From contig CAJARJ010000016.1 of the NCBI GenBank assembly GCA_903944345.1, positions 25,852 to 89,851 of the forward strand: a stretch of 64,000 nucleotides of DNA. Direction: 5' to 3'. Source of the DNA: Candidatus Omnitrophota bacterium (GTDB lineage Bacteria; Omnitrophota; Gorgyraeia; Zapsychrales; Fredricksoniimonadaceae). Below are positions 46,781 through 56,344 of the stretch, piece after piece; position 1 is the first letter of the stretch, and each line of letters begins with the position of its first letter. The notes under the pieces are model-generated. The model ran no database searches, was not told the origin of the DNA, and was given only the letters and a program-made list of their open reading frames with translations. The translations under genes were made by a program, and so were the position numbers.

Positions 46781-48000
46781 TGCCGACTTTTAGTTATACC
46801 TGCAAGGATCAGAATGCTCAGACCGTTACCGGTAAGATCGATGCCAGCGAATTGGGTCTGGTAGTTGACGAACTGCGAAGGCGGCAGTTGGTTATTATCA
46901 GTATTGACGAAGCGAAGGCGGCAGTTTCTTTCTTGACGGCAAAAGGCCCTGGGCCCAGTGGGCATGCCGTGAAAACAGAGGATGTTATTCTGTTTACGCG
47001 TCAGATGGCGACCATGGTTGATGCAGGTATCCCTATTCTTCAGACCATGGAAGCACTGGAAGAGCAGGCCTCCAATCTTTCTTTCAAGAAAATCCTGGCA
47101 GGGATTCACGAAGATATCCGTCTGGGTTCCAGTCTTTCGGGAGCCTTCACAAAGTATCCACGCGTTTTTAACAATCTTTTTGTCAATATGATCAAGGTCG
47201 GGGAAACGGCAGGAGTTCTTACGACCGTTCTGGATCGAGTTGCTTCCTATATGGAAAAATCCGAGCGTCTCAGACGCAAAGTCACGGGGGCCATGATTTA
47301 TCCGGCAGTTATTTCCTCGATGGCCATAATTATTGTGATTGTCCTGATGGTCTTTGTGGTGCCGACCTTCAAGACAATCTATAGTTCGATGGGTCAGGCG
47401 CTTCCGCCCATGACCAGAGTTCTTATGTCTTTCAGCGAGGGGTTTCAGAAATTGTTTCTCTATGGTCTGGTTGGTGGTGTGGCTTGTTTTATTTTGTTTG
47501 TTAATTATGCCAAAACTGCGGCCGGTTCAATGCAAATCGATTATCTGAAGCTGCGCTTTCCGCTTTTTGGAGATCTTGTTTGCAAGGTTGCTGTCAGTCG
47601 CTTCTGTCGCACGCTTGCAGTTCTTGTCCAGAGCGGTGTTCCGATTCTGGAGGGACTTGATATTGTACGCAAGACAATTGGGAATCGGGTTCTTGAGAAA
47701 GTAGTTGAAGATGTCATCAAGTGTGTCCGGGAGGGCGAAAGCATTGCCGAGCCCTTGCAGCGCAGCCGGGTTTTCCCGGTTATGGTGACGCGGATGATTG
47801 CTATTGGAGAGCAGTCCGGCCAGCTGGACAAGATGATGTTAAAGGTTGCGGATTTCTATGATGAACAGGTGGATGCTGTTCTGGAGAACATGACCAGGCT
47901 TATTGAGCCTTTGATTATCGGTTTCCTTGGCATTGTAATCGGGTTTATTGTGATCGCGCTGTTTATGCCAATTATGAATATGGCACAAATGGTCAAGTAA
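46780..48000 (+). CDS. pilC: type IV pilus platform protein (PilC/GspF)
   Basis: FTRQMATM..AG.P, GE.AG.L, AMIYP, GEQSGQLD, LIEP..I, ALFMPI. Confidence 0.95.
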   Translation: MPTFSYTCKDQNAQTVTGKIDASELGLVVDELRRRQLVIISIDEAKAAVSFLTAKGPGPSGHAVKTEDVILFTRQMATMVDAGIPILQTMEALEEQASNLSFKKILAGIHEDIRLGSSLSGAFTKYPRVFNNLFVNMIKVGETAGVLTTVLDRVASYMEKSERLRRKVTGAMIYPAVISSMAIIIVIVLMVFVVPTFKTIYSSMGQALPPMTRVLMSFSEGFQKLFLYGLVGGVACFILFVNYAKTAAGSMQIDYLKLRFPLFGDLVCKVAVSRFCRTLAVLVQSGVPILEGLDIVRKTIGNRVLEKVVEDVIKCVREGESIAEPLQRSRVFPVMVTRMIAIGEQSGQLDKMMLKVADFYDEQVDAVLENMTRLIEPLIIGFLGIVIGFIVIALFMPIMNMAQMVK

Positions 48001-48013
48001 ACGGGGACGTCAA

Positions 48014-49054
48014 ATGACAAGTATCAGATTATTGGTTCTTTGCAGTTTTATACTGGCGTTGTTTGCAGGAGCTTCATGTCTGGCGCAGCAGGAAGATTTA
48101 TTGCAGGAGAATATTCTTGATAGCAGCCTGACAGCTTTGCGCGATAGTGTGGCGCGTTTGACTCTGGAAAACAGGGAACTGACGGCGCTTAATGAACAAA
48201 TGAAACCTCAGCTGACGGAGTTGAACAAATCTTTTGCCGCTGGGCAGGCTGCGGAAGATCAGTTGATGAAAGATCTTGCTGTGACCGAGGCTGCTTTACG
48301 TCAGAGGCAGGAGGCCGAAAGTTCTATCCATAGCAAAGTTTTGCAGGTTCAGGGCGAGGTGGATCTTGTTGCCAAGAACTGTAACTTGTTAATGAGCGAT
48401 CTTTTGGCCAGATCTGCTGCTGATGAAACTTTACGTAAGGAAATAGTTTTACTGGAACAGCAGAATTTCCAGTTGCGTTTTGGCGAGCCGGAGGCAACTG
48501 TTGAGCCAGATGACACTTTGCGCGATCTTTTGGCCGAGCGCGAACGCTTGAACAAAGAACTTTCCGGAGCCAAGCAGTCCATGCAGGAGTTAAGAGAGCG
48601 CTGGGCTGCTATGGGAAAGTCGGCTGTCGCAACAGATCCGGTCCGGGTGAATGTTCTTCGAGGCGAGATCCAGCAGATTTCCATGCAGATTCGTAATAAA
48701 GAGGCGGAGTGTAAACGGCTTGAAGCCAAGGTAGTTGCGGCCAAGAATGCGTCACCTTCCGGACGCTCCGAAGAATTTGTTCGTCAGGATATCAAACAGC
48801 GTCTTGAGCAGGAAGTTGGGCGTCTGGAGGCTCGTTTGGAAGAGCTTGAAGCCGAATCCAGAGGGGTGAGAAAGGGTGAGCCAGAGGTTCCATCCACAAT
48901 GGAGCATCCAGTTAACAGCAGATTGTGGGCCCGTTTCAAGGCTCTTTCGCAGCAGAATACGCAGTTAAAGGCCGAAATGGATCGCTTGCGTCGGGCGATG
49001 GTCGAAGCAGATAAGAACAAGGCGCGGGCAGAGGCAGGGCGGGTCCAGAAGTAG
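48014..49054 (+). CDS. exported coiled-coil protein
   Basis: Signal peptide (..ASCLA) followed by about 300 aa of heptad-rich sequence. Confidence 0.75.
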   Translation: MTSIRLLVLCSFILALFAGASCLAQQEDLLQENILDSSLTALRDSVARLTLENRELTALNEQMKPQLTELNKSFAAGQAAEDQLMKDLAVTEAALRQRQEAESSIHSKVLQVQGEVDLVAKNCNLLMSDLLARSAADETLRKEIVLLEQQNFQLRFGEPEATVEPDDTLRDLLAERERLNKELSGAKQSMQELRERWAAMGKSAVATDPVRVNVLRGEIQQISMQIRNKEAECKRLEAKVVAAKNASPSGRSEEFVRQDIKQRLEQEVGRLEARLEELEAESRGVRKGEPEVPSTMEHPVNSRLWARFKALSQQNTQLKAEMDRLRRAMVEADKNKARAEAGRVQK

Positions 49055-49330
49055 TTTTTTTGTTTCTATCGTTAGAGCATGATATATTTGTTATCAGAGA
49101 ATCCGGCGTGGTTGCGCGGTTTCCCGACTCCTGCATACCTAAAATACTATGGAGCAGGGATTACTGCAAAGGCTTCGTCAGGAAATGCAAAAAGGAAGGA
49201 GGAAGGCGGAAGAGTTAAAATAAAAATGGGGTGCTTGGTTGAGAAAAAGCAGGTCAATCAACGGTCTTATAACTAGCTACCGTGTTTCTTCTCAAGGCAT
49301 CCTTCGGTTTCATCAACAAGAAGGAGTTTT

Positions 49331-49738
49331 ATGTCTAATAAAAAAGGTTTTACTTTGGTTGAGATCATGATTGTTATTGCAATTATTGCTTTGTTGGCTG
49401 CAATTGCCATCCCAAACTTGCTGCGTGCCAAGATTTCGGCAAATGATTCATTGGCTAAAAGCACCTTGCGGTCGCTTTCTACGGCTGCTGAAACTTTTGC
49501 TACTGCCAGAAGCGGTCAGTATCCTGCCGCGGTCGCAGATCTGACTGGAGCAACTCCGCCTTATATCAACAAGAACTATTGTGACGGTCAGGCTTATGGC
49601 GGATTTACTTATGCCTGTACGTTTGGTGTTGGCGGTTACACGTTGACTGCGACTCCTGTTACGGTGGGAACTTCCGGGACAGAGGCTATGACTATGACGA
49701 CCGGAGGTGTTTTGGCCTGTGCAACTTTGTGTAACTAA
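49331..49738 (+). CDS. pilA: type IV major pilin
   Basis: KKG|FTLVEIMIVIAIIALLAAIAIP prepilin motif, strong AAGGAG RBS, own terminator. Confidence 0.93.
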   Translation: MSNKKGFTLVEIMIVIAIIALLAAIAIPNLLRAKISANDSLAKSTLRSLSTAAETFATARSGQYPAAVADLTGATPPYINKNYCDGQAYGGFTYACTFGVGGYTLTATPVTVGTSGTEAMTMTTGGVLACATLCN

Positions 49739-49758
49739 TACACAGTTTATGGGATAAC

Positions 49759-49790
49759 AAAAAAGGGCGTCCAGACGGGCGCCCTTTTTT
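49759..49790 (+). terminator. intrinsic (bidirectional-type) terminator after the major pilin
   Basis: AAAAAAGGGCGTCC-AGAC-GGGCGCCCTTTTTT. Confidence 0.88.
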
Positions 49791-49838
49791 GACGTTGATA
49801 CCCGGGAAGTCTCGGTTCTTCAGACAGGAACAGCAAAT

Positions 49839-50249
49839 ATGATTCGTGTCCGATCAGGTCTTACGTTGGTTGAGGTTATGGTGGTGGCCACTATTATAGC
49901 CTTGTTAGCTGCGATCGCTCTTCCTAATCTGCGCAGGGCCAAAATTCTGGCCAACGATGCTTTTGCCAAGACCACTTTGGGGGCGATAGCCAAGGCTTGC
50001 GAGAATTATGCCATTGCGAATAATAGTCGTTATCCTCTGGATATTACTGCCTTGACCGGGGCTAGTCCGGTTTATCTTTTTAGAAATGATTGTGATGGAG
50101 CGGTTCATAATGGGTATATCTTCAGTTGCAATATGGGGATTGGCGGATACACGATTGTTGCCGCCCCCTTGCAGCCCGGAGTCTCCGGAACGGAGGAGTT
50201 TACCATGACAACAGGGGGTGTTCTGAACTGCGATACTTTGTGTCAATAG
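49839..50249 (+). CDS. type IV pilin paralog (minor or alternative pilin)
   Basis: SG|LTLVEVMVV..IIALLAAIALP; aligns over its full length with 49331-49738. Confidence 0.9.
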   Translation: MIRVRSGLTLVEVMVVATIIALLAAIALPNLRRAKILANDAFAKTTLGAIAKACENYAIANNSRYPLDITALTGASPVYLFRNDCDGAVHNGYIFSCNMGIGGYTIVAAPLQPGVSGTEEFTMTTGGVLNCDTLCQ

Positions 50250-50367
50250 TTCAGATTATTTCATTTTTTTTATCCGCTGATTTATAATTGCGGCGTTGAC
50301 TGATTTATTTTGCAGAAATCCCAGAAATATGTTCTCTGCAGCGCCGATCTTTGTTATATTCAAGTCA

Positions 50368-51447
50368 ATGCAATCAATACAAACTTATCTTTCCCAATAT
50401 TTTAAGTTTATCAGATCAGTAATCTCTGCACATAACGATGCGGGTGTGGTGGGGCTTGATCTGGGCTCCAGTACATGTCGTGCCGTCAAGATCGTTCCGC
50501 AGCAGAATACTTTCGAGCTGACCGGTTTTATTTGCATTCCCTTTAAAGATAATGAGGCTAAGAATGCTCTGCTAAGTGTTGTAAAAGCTTTTTCTCAGGG
50601 GAAGACTGTTCCGGCTTTTGTCGGGGCGGTTTGCGGGCGAGGGACATTGGTTCGATATATCGATATGCCACGGATGTCGTTGTCTGATTTGAGAAAGGCT
50701 TTCAGCATTGAGGTGGAGCGATATTTTCCGTTTCCCAAGGATACGATTTATACGGATTGTCATATCCTTGATCCTGACAGCCAGGATCGGCGCATGTCGG
50801 TTTTGATAGCCGCTGTCAAGAGGGAGATGGTGGATGCCAGATTGAAGCTTCTTAAAGAATGCGGGATTGATCCGGCGGTTTTAACCATTAATTCTGTTGC
50901 TCTTGCCAATGCGGCGACTTTTCTTGCTTCAGGATTGAATGCCCCCGGGACTATGAATTCTGCGTCTGCTCTGCTGGAAATCAACGAGGCACACGCTCAT
51001 TTGATGATATTTGTTAACGGTATCCCGAAATTCTCCCGGGATATTTTTATTGGTATCGCTGAGATGATCAAGAGGATTTCGAATGCCTGTAGTCTTTCGC
51101 CGGAGGCTGCGCGCGCAGCTCTTTTTTCGGCCGATCAAGATGAGCGAGTCGTCCGGATTGCCGAAACAGTCGTTGCCAATCTTGTAGCAGAGGTGCGCCT
51201 TTCTTTTGATTATTTCGGGAATGAAAAGAATATACCGATTGCGAAGCTTTTTTTGGTGGGCGAAGGTGTTATGGTGCCAGGATTGGAATCAGGCTTCACC
51301 CGTGCTTTTGATGTCCCTGTGGCGGCATGGGATCCTTTTTCTGGTATCAGTATCGGTCCGGGCGTAGACAAAGGCAGACTTGCTGCAGAGGGCAGATCCG
51401 CGATAATCGCTTTGGGGTTAGCGTTAAATGAATATTATTCGGCTTAA
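50368..51447 (+). CDS. pilM: type IV pilus assembly protein PilM
   Basis: VGLDLGS, actin-like fold pattern, EVRLSFDYF, IALGLAL. Confidence 0.9.
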   Translation: MQSIQTYLSQYFKFIRSVISAHNDAGVVGLDLGSSTCRAVKIVPQQNTFELTGFICIPFKDNEAKNALLSVVKAFSQGKTVPAFVGAVCGRGTLVRYIDMPRMSLSDLRKAFSIEVERYFPFPKDTIYTDCHILDPDSQDRRMSVLIAAVKREMVDARLKLLKECGIDPAVLTINSVALANAATFLASGLNAPGTMNSASALLEINEAHAHLMIFVNGIPKFSRDIFIGIAEMIKRISNACSLSPEAARAALFSADQDERVVRIAETVVANLVAEVRLSFDYFGNEKNIPIAKLFLVGEGVMVPGLESGFTRAFDVPVAAWDPFSGISIGPGVDKGRLAAEGRSAIIALGLALNEYYSA

Positions 51448-52018
51448 TTTTATTCCCGCTGAAATGCGTCGGGAAAAGAATCGTTGGTTCTCTGCCGGAA
51501 TCGCGGGGATTCCCCCGGAACGTATTGTGGGTATTCTTCTTGCGGCTGCAGTTCTTCTTATTTTGTTTCATATTGTGTTACTTGCTGTTATGGCCGTTAA
51601 ATATACTGAAAATCGTATTTTGGAAGCCAGGTGGTCAGCTTCCAGCCCCGAGAAGCAATCGGTTGATCTTTTGTCCAATGAAACGCGCGAGTTGAGGTCT
51701 GCTTTGGACGCTTTCAAGCCTGTTCTATCGCAAGGCAATATCCACTGGCCGCGTTTGCTTGCGGATATTTCCGCAAGCATGCCCAAGGGCATATGGTTGA
51801 CCAGTATGACTTATGCTGATGGACAATTGGTTATTATGGGCAGTTCTGTTTCCAAAACACGTAACGAAATGGTTTCTCCAGGCATGTTGGTTTCTGCACT
51901 GAAGCAGAAGGATTCTGTTCAACGGTTTCTTGCGGCAATCGATGTGGATTCGATTCAGCGCAGGGAGGCGACAGCTTTGTCTATAGTTGATTTCACCTTA
52001 AAGGCCAGACAGAAATGA
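51428..52018 (+). CDS. pilN: type IV pilus assembly protein PilN
   Basis: IRLNFIP, TM helix, W..LL..IS..MP.GIWLT. Confidence 0.87.
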   Translation: MNIIRLNFIPAEMRREKNRWFSAGIAGIPPERIVGILLAAAVLLILFHIVLLAVMAVKYTENRILEARWSASSPEKQSVDLLSNETRELRSALDAFKPVLSQGNIHWPRLLADISASMPKGIWLTSMTYADGQLVIMGSSVSKTRNEMVSPGMLVSALKQKDSVQRFLAAIDVDSIQRREATALSIVDFTLKARQK

Positions 52019-52602
52019 CCCGACTACAGTCTTTGATCAGAATGTTTGATTCGTCGGATCCCCGCCTGGTGTATGGTGTTATTGCTCTGCTGGTTGTTTT
52101 GTTTGCCGGCCTGGACTATTTTCTTGCGGCCCGGTTTCAGCTGAGCCGTCTGGGGGCTGTTGTTGCAAGATCCGCTCAGCTGAAGAAAGACATTCTGGAG
52201 TTGAAGGACAGCCAGAATCGCATTCAGCAATTATCGTCCCAGAGAGACACTTTGCGGCTGGATCACGCGGATTTGCAACGGATGATTGTCAGTAAAGACG
52301 GGATCCCTGTTGTTCTGGACAGGATTTCTTCTGTTGCAGGACGCTGTGGCGTTCAGGTGAATCAGATTCTTCCCCGGCCGATGGAAGATAAACCTTTGCT
52401 CAAGCGCAAAGAAGGTGCTTATTTCAGTCAACCGGTACAGGTTCAGTTGCGGGCCGGGTATCATGATTTTGCCCGGATGTTGGACGAATTGATGCGCCAG
52501 GGAGTTTTTTGGAAGATTGATGAGTTGCGGATAACAGCTGGAGAATCGGAACAACGGCATACCATTGAAATGATCCTGAGAGTTTTGATTCTGGAGAAGT
52601 AA
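52015..52602 (+). CDS. pilO: type IV pilus assembly protein PilO
   Basis: TM plus coiled coil, IP..LD.IS..A..CGV, AGYHDF..ML; position in the operon. Confidence 0.85.
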   Translation: MTRLQSLIRMFDSSDPRLVYGVIALLVVLFAGLDYFLAARFQLSRLGAVVARSAQLKKDILELKDSQNRIQQLSSQRDTLRLDHADLQRMIVSKDGIPVVLDRISSVAGRCGVQVNQILPRPMEDKPLLKRKEGAYFSQPVQVQLRAGYHDFARMLDELMRQGVFWKIDELRITAGESEQRHTIEMILRVLILEK

Positions 52603-52952
52603 TGCGCATACGGCCATGGTTATTGCTTGTGTTTTTGTCTGTAATGATGCCTTGGTTCCTGATGGCTGAGGAACCCTTCAGGTATGATGGGGGTGGACTG
52701 CGGGATCCTTTTCTTCCTTTGGTAACAGAAGGTGGTGCGCTGGTGAATTATGACCGGGATCCTGCCGTTTCCGAACTTGTGCTGGAGGGTATTGTTTTTG
52801 ATGGTAGTCGTTCGCTGGCCGTTATTAACGGTGATATTTTTCAGGAAGGGCAGAAAGTTGGGCTTTATTTGCTTGATCGCATTGCATCAGACAGAGTGCT
52901 GTTGTCCAGAGATGGCGAAACATTCATGCTCCAGTTAAATAAGGAGGACTAA
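52602..52952 (+). CDS. PilP-like protein
   Basis: RDPF.P, LEGIV, AVING..F.EG; lies between pilO and the secretin. Confidence 0.75.
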   Translation: MRIRPWLLLVFLSVMMPWFLMAEEPFRYDGGGLRDPFLPLVTEGGALVNYDRDPAVSELVLEGIVFDGSRSLAVINGDIFQEGQKVGLYLLDRIASDRVLLSRDGETFMLQLNKED

Positions 52953-54338
52953 GTGAAAGAATATGTCCAGGGGCCGGTTTTAACGGTTTTGTTCCTGATG
53001 CTTGCCGGGATATCTTCTTCTGTCCTCGGGCAGCAAACGGTTGCTGGCACGCAGTCAGCAGCGCTGGACGTCGAGATGTCCCAGTCGGGCAACGTTTCCG
53101 TTGATTTCAAGGACGCGGATATCCGCAATGTTCTTAAAGTTCTCGCTTACAAGAGCGGGGTTAATATTATTGCGGCACCCGAGGTAGTCGGGCAGGTTTC
53201 GATACAGCTCAAGGATGTTCCCTGGCAGAAGGCGCTGGATGTGATTCTGTCGACATATGGTTACAGTTATGAACAGGATGGCAAGATCCTGATGGTGACC
53301 ACGATTGATAATCTCAAGAAGCGCAGGGAGAATATGAAGGCATTGGCGGAGCAGGAGCTGGTGATCTCCGAAACTTTTGTCCTTAATTACGGCAAGGCCG
53401 AGGAGGTCAGAGCCTCAATTGACAAGATGAAGAGTCCCCGGGGAAGTATTCATTGGGACAAACGGATGAATGCAATTATTGTCAGCGATGTTGAAACCAG
53501 TCTGAGAATGATCCGTGCGGTCATTAAAGAGCTGGATACCGTGACACCCCAGGTGTACATCGAAGCCAAAATGATCGAGACTACCCTGAACAAATCGGAG
53601 AATCTTGGAATTGACTGGAATGTTGTTGCTTCTGTGACGGGGCCGATGCGGGCTACGACTTATCCTTTCACGGGGAATTCTCAGAACAAGTACACCAACA
53701 GCCCGGACTTTCCGGTATCAACCGATGAGGTGGAGCCCTTCTTTCAGTACGGCACGCTGGATTTGACCAAGGCCACCGCGATGTTGAACATGCTCAAGTC
53801 CCGGGCGGATACCAATATCGTCTCCAATCCCAAAATTGTTACTTTGAATAATCAGACCGCAAAGATTGTGGTAGGCAGTCAGTACCCTGTCCCTCAGTAT
53901 ACCTACAATAGCGATCAGGGGAAAATGCAGGTTTCCGGATGGAATTATATTGACATCGGTGTTGTTTTTGTGGTAACACCTCACGTCAACAATGCCGGGA
54001 TGGTCACGCTGGATTTGGAGCCGACAGTTACCGATATTCTGGATTATGTTCAGGTTGAGGGGACGCAAATGCCGCGGCTCAGTACCGAGTCGGCTAGAAC
54101 GACAGTCATGATTGCTGACGGAGACACGCTGGTTATTGCCGGTCTTATTAAAACGAAAAAAGGGGATACACGCAAGAAGTTCCCTATACTCGGGGATATT
54201 CCAATACTGGGGCTTCCGTTTCAGTCAAAGATTGCTCAGGATCAGAAAACGGATCTTGTTATTTTTATGACGCCAAAGATCGTTACCCCTGTTGCAGCGG
54301 GCCGCAAGCAAGAGCGGGTTGAAAGCGATGAAATTTGA
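52953..54338 (+). CDS. pilQ: type IV pilus secretin
   Basis: SVDFKDADI, VPWQKALD.IL, QVYIEAK, SNPKIVTLNNQTA, PILGDIPILG..F, IFMTPKIV. Confidence 0.92.
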   Translation: MKEYVQGPVLTVLFLMLAGISSSVLGQQTVAGTQSAALDVEMSQSGNVSVDFKDADIRNVLKVLAYKSGVNIIAAPEVVGQVSIQLKDVPWQKALDVILSTYGYSYEQDGKILMVTTIDNLKKRRENMKALAEQELVISETFVLNYGKAEEVRASIDKMKSPRGSIHWDKRMNAIIVSDVETSLRMIRAVIKELDTVTPQVYIEAKMIETTLNKSENLGIDWNVVASVTGPMRATTYPFTGNSQNKYTNSPDFPVSTDEVEPFFQYGTLDLTKATAMLNMLKSRADTNIVSNPKIVTLNNQTAKIVVGSQYPVPQYTYNSDQGKMQVSGWNYIDIGVVFVVTPHVNNAGMVTLDLEPTVTDILDYVQVEGTQMPRLSTESARTTVMIADGDTLVIAGLIKTKKGDTRKKFPILGDIPILGLPFQSKIAQDQKTDLVIFMTPKIVTPVAAGRKQERVESDEI

Positions 54339-54362
54339 TTTTCAATATTTAAAGGAGAGCCT

Positions 54363-55823
54363 GTGTCTCGAGAGATTCTGATTCATATTGCCGATGGCGA
54401 ACGTCGCGTCGCTATTGTTGACAACAAGAAGTTGGATGATTTTTATATAGAGCTTGATCGTTATCAATCGATACTGGGCAACATTTACAAGGGAAAAATT
54501 GAATCCATTCTCCCCTCAATCAATGGAGCCTTTGTCAATATCGGTCAGGAACGAAACGGTTTCCTGTATCTGACGGATGCAGATCATCCGCATGTCGAGG
54601 ACTTTGTTTCGGGGCAGGCGCGTCAGGCTATTCCGGAGCAGAGTTTTCTTGACCGACTGCTTAATCGCAAGGCAAAACCTGCCAATCCCGATGAAGTCAA
54701 GGATGTTGGGGAGCTTCAGCCACTTTTACCCGAGGGTGAGCCCGGCCCAGCTGCTTTGCCTGCAGAGGACGCTGCGCTTACAGGTAAAGACAGCCCTCGC
54801 AAGGGGCCGCGAGGGTATTTTGGTCGTCAGCGCCGCAACAAACCGATTCCTCTTAAGGTTGGTCAGGAGATTCTGGTTCAGGTGGAAAAAGATCCGTTTG
54901 GTACCAAAGGCGCCAGATTGACCACGCATCTTTCTATCCCTGGCCGTTTCATTGTTTATATGCCCTACGACAATCATCTGGGCGTTTCCCAGAAGATCGA
55001 GTCTCCTGATGAACGTGCCCGTTTGCGGGATATTCTCAAGGAAGCTGATTTTGTCAAGGAAGGCGGTTTTATTATCAGAACTGTTTCTGCCGGCCAGGAT
55101 AAGAGTGAATTGCTTAACGATGCCCGGTATGTGTACGAAAAATGGCAGAAAGTGCGCAAACTGGCCCAGGAAAAAAAGGGGCCGGTTATTCTTTATCAGG
55201 AAGGTGATATTATCTGGAAGGTGGTGCGCGATTATTTTCGTAACGATGTTAGCGCCATTCATGTTGATTCGAGGGTGGAGTACGAAAAAATTTGCAAATA
55301 TATCGAGGCATTAATTGATACAAAGCCCTTGAAGAAGGTGCATTACTACGGCGGAGCTACTCCGATTTTTGAGGCTCACAAGGTTCAGAACGAACTGGAA
55401 CATATTTATGACCAGAAAGTTTTTCTGAAGACCGGCGCGCATATCGTCATTGAGCCGACAGAAGGTGTCACGGTTATTGATGTTAACAGCGGTCGGTACA
55501 AGACCCAGGCCTCTCCTGAGGATGCGGCTTATAATGTCAATACTGAGGCGGCTCCCGAGATTGCGCGTCAACTGCGCTTGCGGGATTTGGGCGGAATCAT
55601 CGTTATCGATTTTATTGATATGTCTCGTGAAGAGCATAAGCGTAAGGTATTGGATACTTTGAGGCTGGAGCTGGCCAAAGACACGGCCAAGACCGAAGTT
55701 AACCGGATTTCTAATCTTGGACTTGTGGAGATGACCCGGGAAAGAACGGGCAAGACCCTTGAGTCTATCAAGTTTTCGGAGTGTCCGTATTGTCATGGTC
55801 GCGGCAAGGTTCGTATTGATTGA
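54363..55823 (+). CDS. rng: ribonuclease E/G family endoribonuclease
   Basis: GNIYKG, AFVNIG, KGARLT, IDVNSG, RLRDLGGIIVIDFID, EMTR.R, CPYCHGRG. Confidence 0.93.
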   Translation: MSREILIHIADGERRVAIVDNKKLDDFYIELDRYQSILGNIYKGKIESILPSINGAFVNIGQERNGFLYLTDADHPHVEDFVSGQARQAIPEQSFLDRLLNRKAKPANPDEVKDVGELQPLLPEGEPGPAALPAEDAALTGKDSPRKGPRGYFGRQRRNKPIPLKVGQEILVQVEKDPFGTKGARLTTHLSIPGRFIVYMPYDNHLGVSQKIESPDERARLRDILKEADFVKEGGFIIRTVSAGQDKSELLNDARYVYEKWQKVRKLAQEKKGPVILYQEGDIIWKVVRDYFRNDVSAIHVDSRVEYEKICKYIEALIDTKPLKKVHYYGGATPIFEAHKVQNELEHIYDQKVFLKTGAHIVIEPTEGVTVIDVNSGRYKTQASPEDAAYNVNTEAAPEIARQLRLRDLGGIIVIDFIDMSREEHKRKVLDTLRLELAKDTAKTEVNRISNLGLVEMTRERTGKTLESIKFSECPYCHGRGKVRID

Positions 55824-55869
55824 AATTTTTTTCGGGCAACTTTGTTTTGGGGCTCACTAAAATTATTTC

Positions 55870-55897
55870 TGGTCAAATTCTTACTTTTGCATATAAT
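55870..55897 (+). promoter_or_regulatory. candidate promoter for rplU-obgE
   Basis: Perfect TATAAT at 55892-55897 with a weak -35 (TGGTCA, 16-bp spacer). Confidence 0.35.
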
Positions 55898-56015
55898 AAA
55901 CCTTTTGAACCGGACTTCTTTCCGTTCAGGCAGGATTCTCATTGTGTGTTGCGCCCGGAGTATAAGGACGGTTTTGATCAGGAAATTTAACAATTAACTC
56001 GCAGTGGAGGTCATA

Positions 56016-56327
56016 ATGTACGCAGTTATTGATGTCGGAGCCTATCAGTTCAAGGTTGCAGAAGGCGATCTTATTGATGCCCCCAAGCTTGAAAAAGAGA
56101 TCGGGCAGTCTTTTGATATTAACGAAGTTCTGCTTTTCGCCGACGGGGAAGATGTCCGTATCGGTGCGCCCTATGTTAAAGGGGCAAAAGTTACACTCGA
56201 AGTGGTCAGGCAGTTTCGTGATGAGAAGGTTATTAACTTTACTTACCGCAAGCGCAAGGATTCGCGCAAAAAGATTGGTCATCGGCAGGATCTCACGGCT
56301 CTCAAAGTTGCAAAGATTTCTGTCTAA
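56016..56327 (+). CDS. rplU: 50S ribosomal protein L21
   Basis: MYAVI..G..QFKV.EGD, IGAPYV.GA, GHRQ..T; GGAGG RBS. Confidence 0.96.
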   Translation: MYAVIDVGAYQFKVAEGDLIDAPKLEKEIGQSFDINEVLLFADGEDVRIGAPYVKGAKVTLEVVRQFRDEKVINFTYRKRKDSRKKIGHRQDLTALKVAKISV

Positions 56328-56344
56328 AGACGTAAAGGGTTCGC

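Noticed and set aside
49079-49276. 65-aa ORF upstream of the pilin
   Set aside because: No RBS or recognisable features; better explained as promoter/leader sequence.
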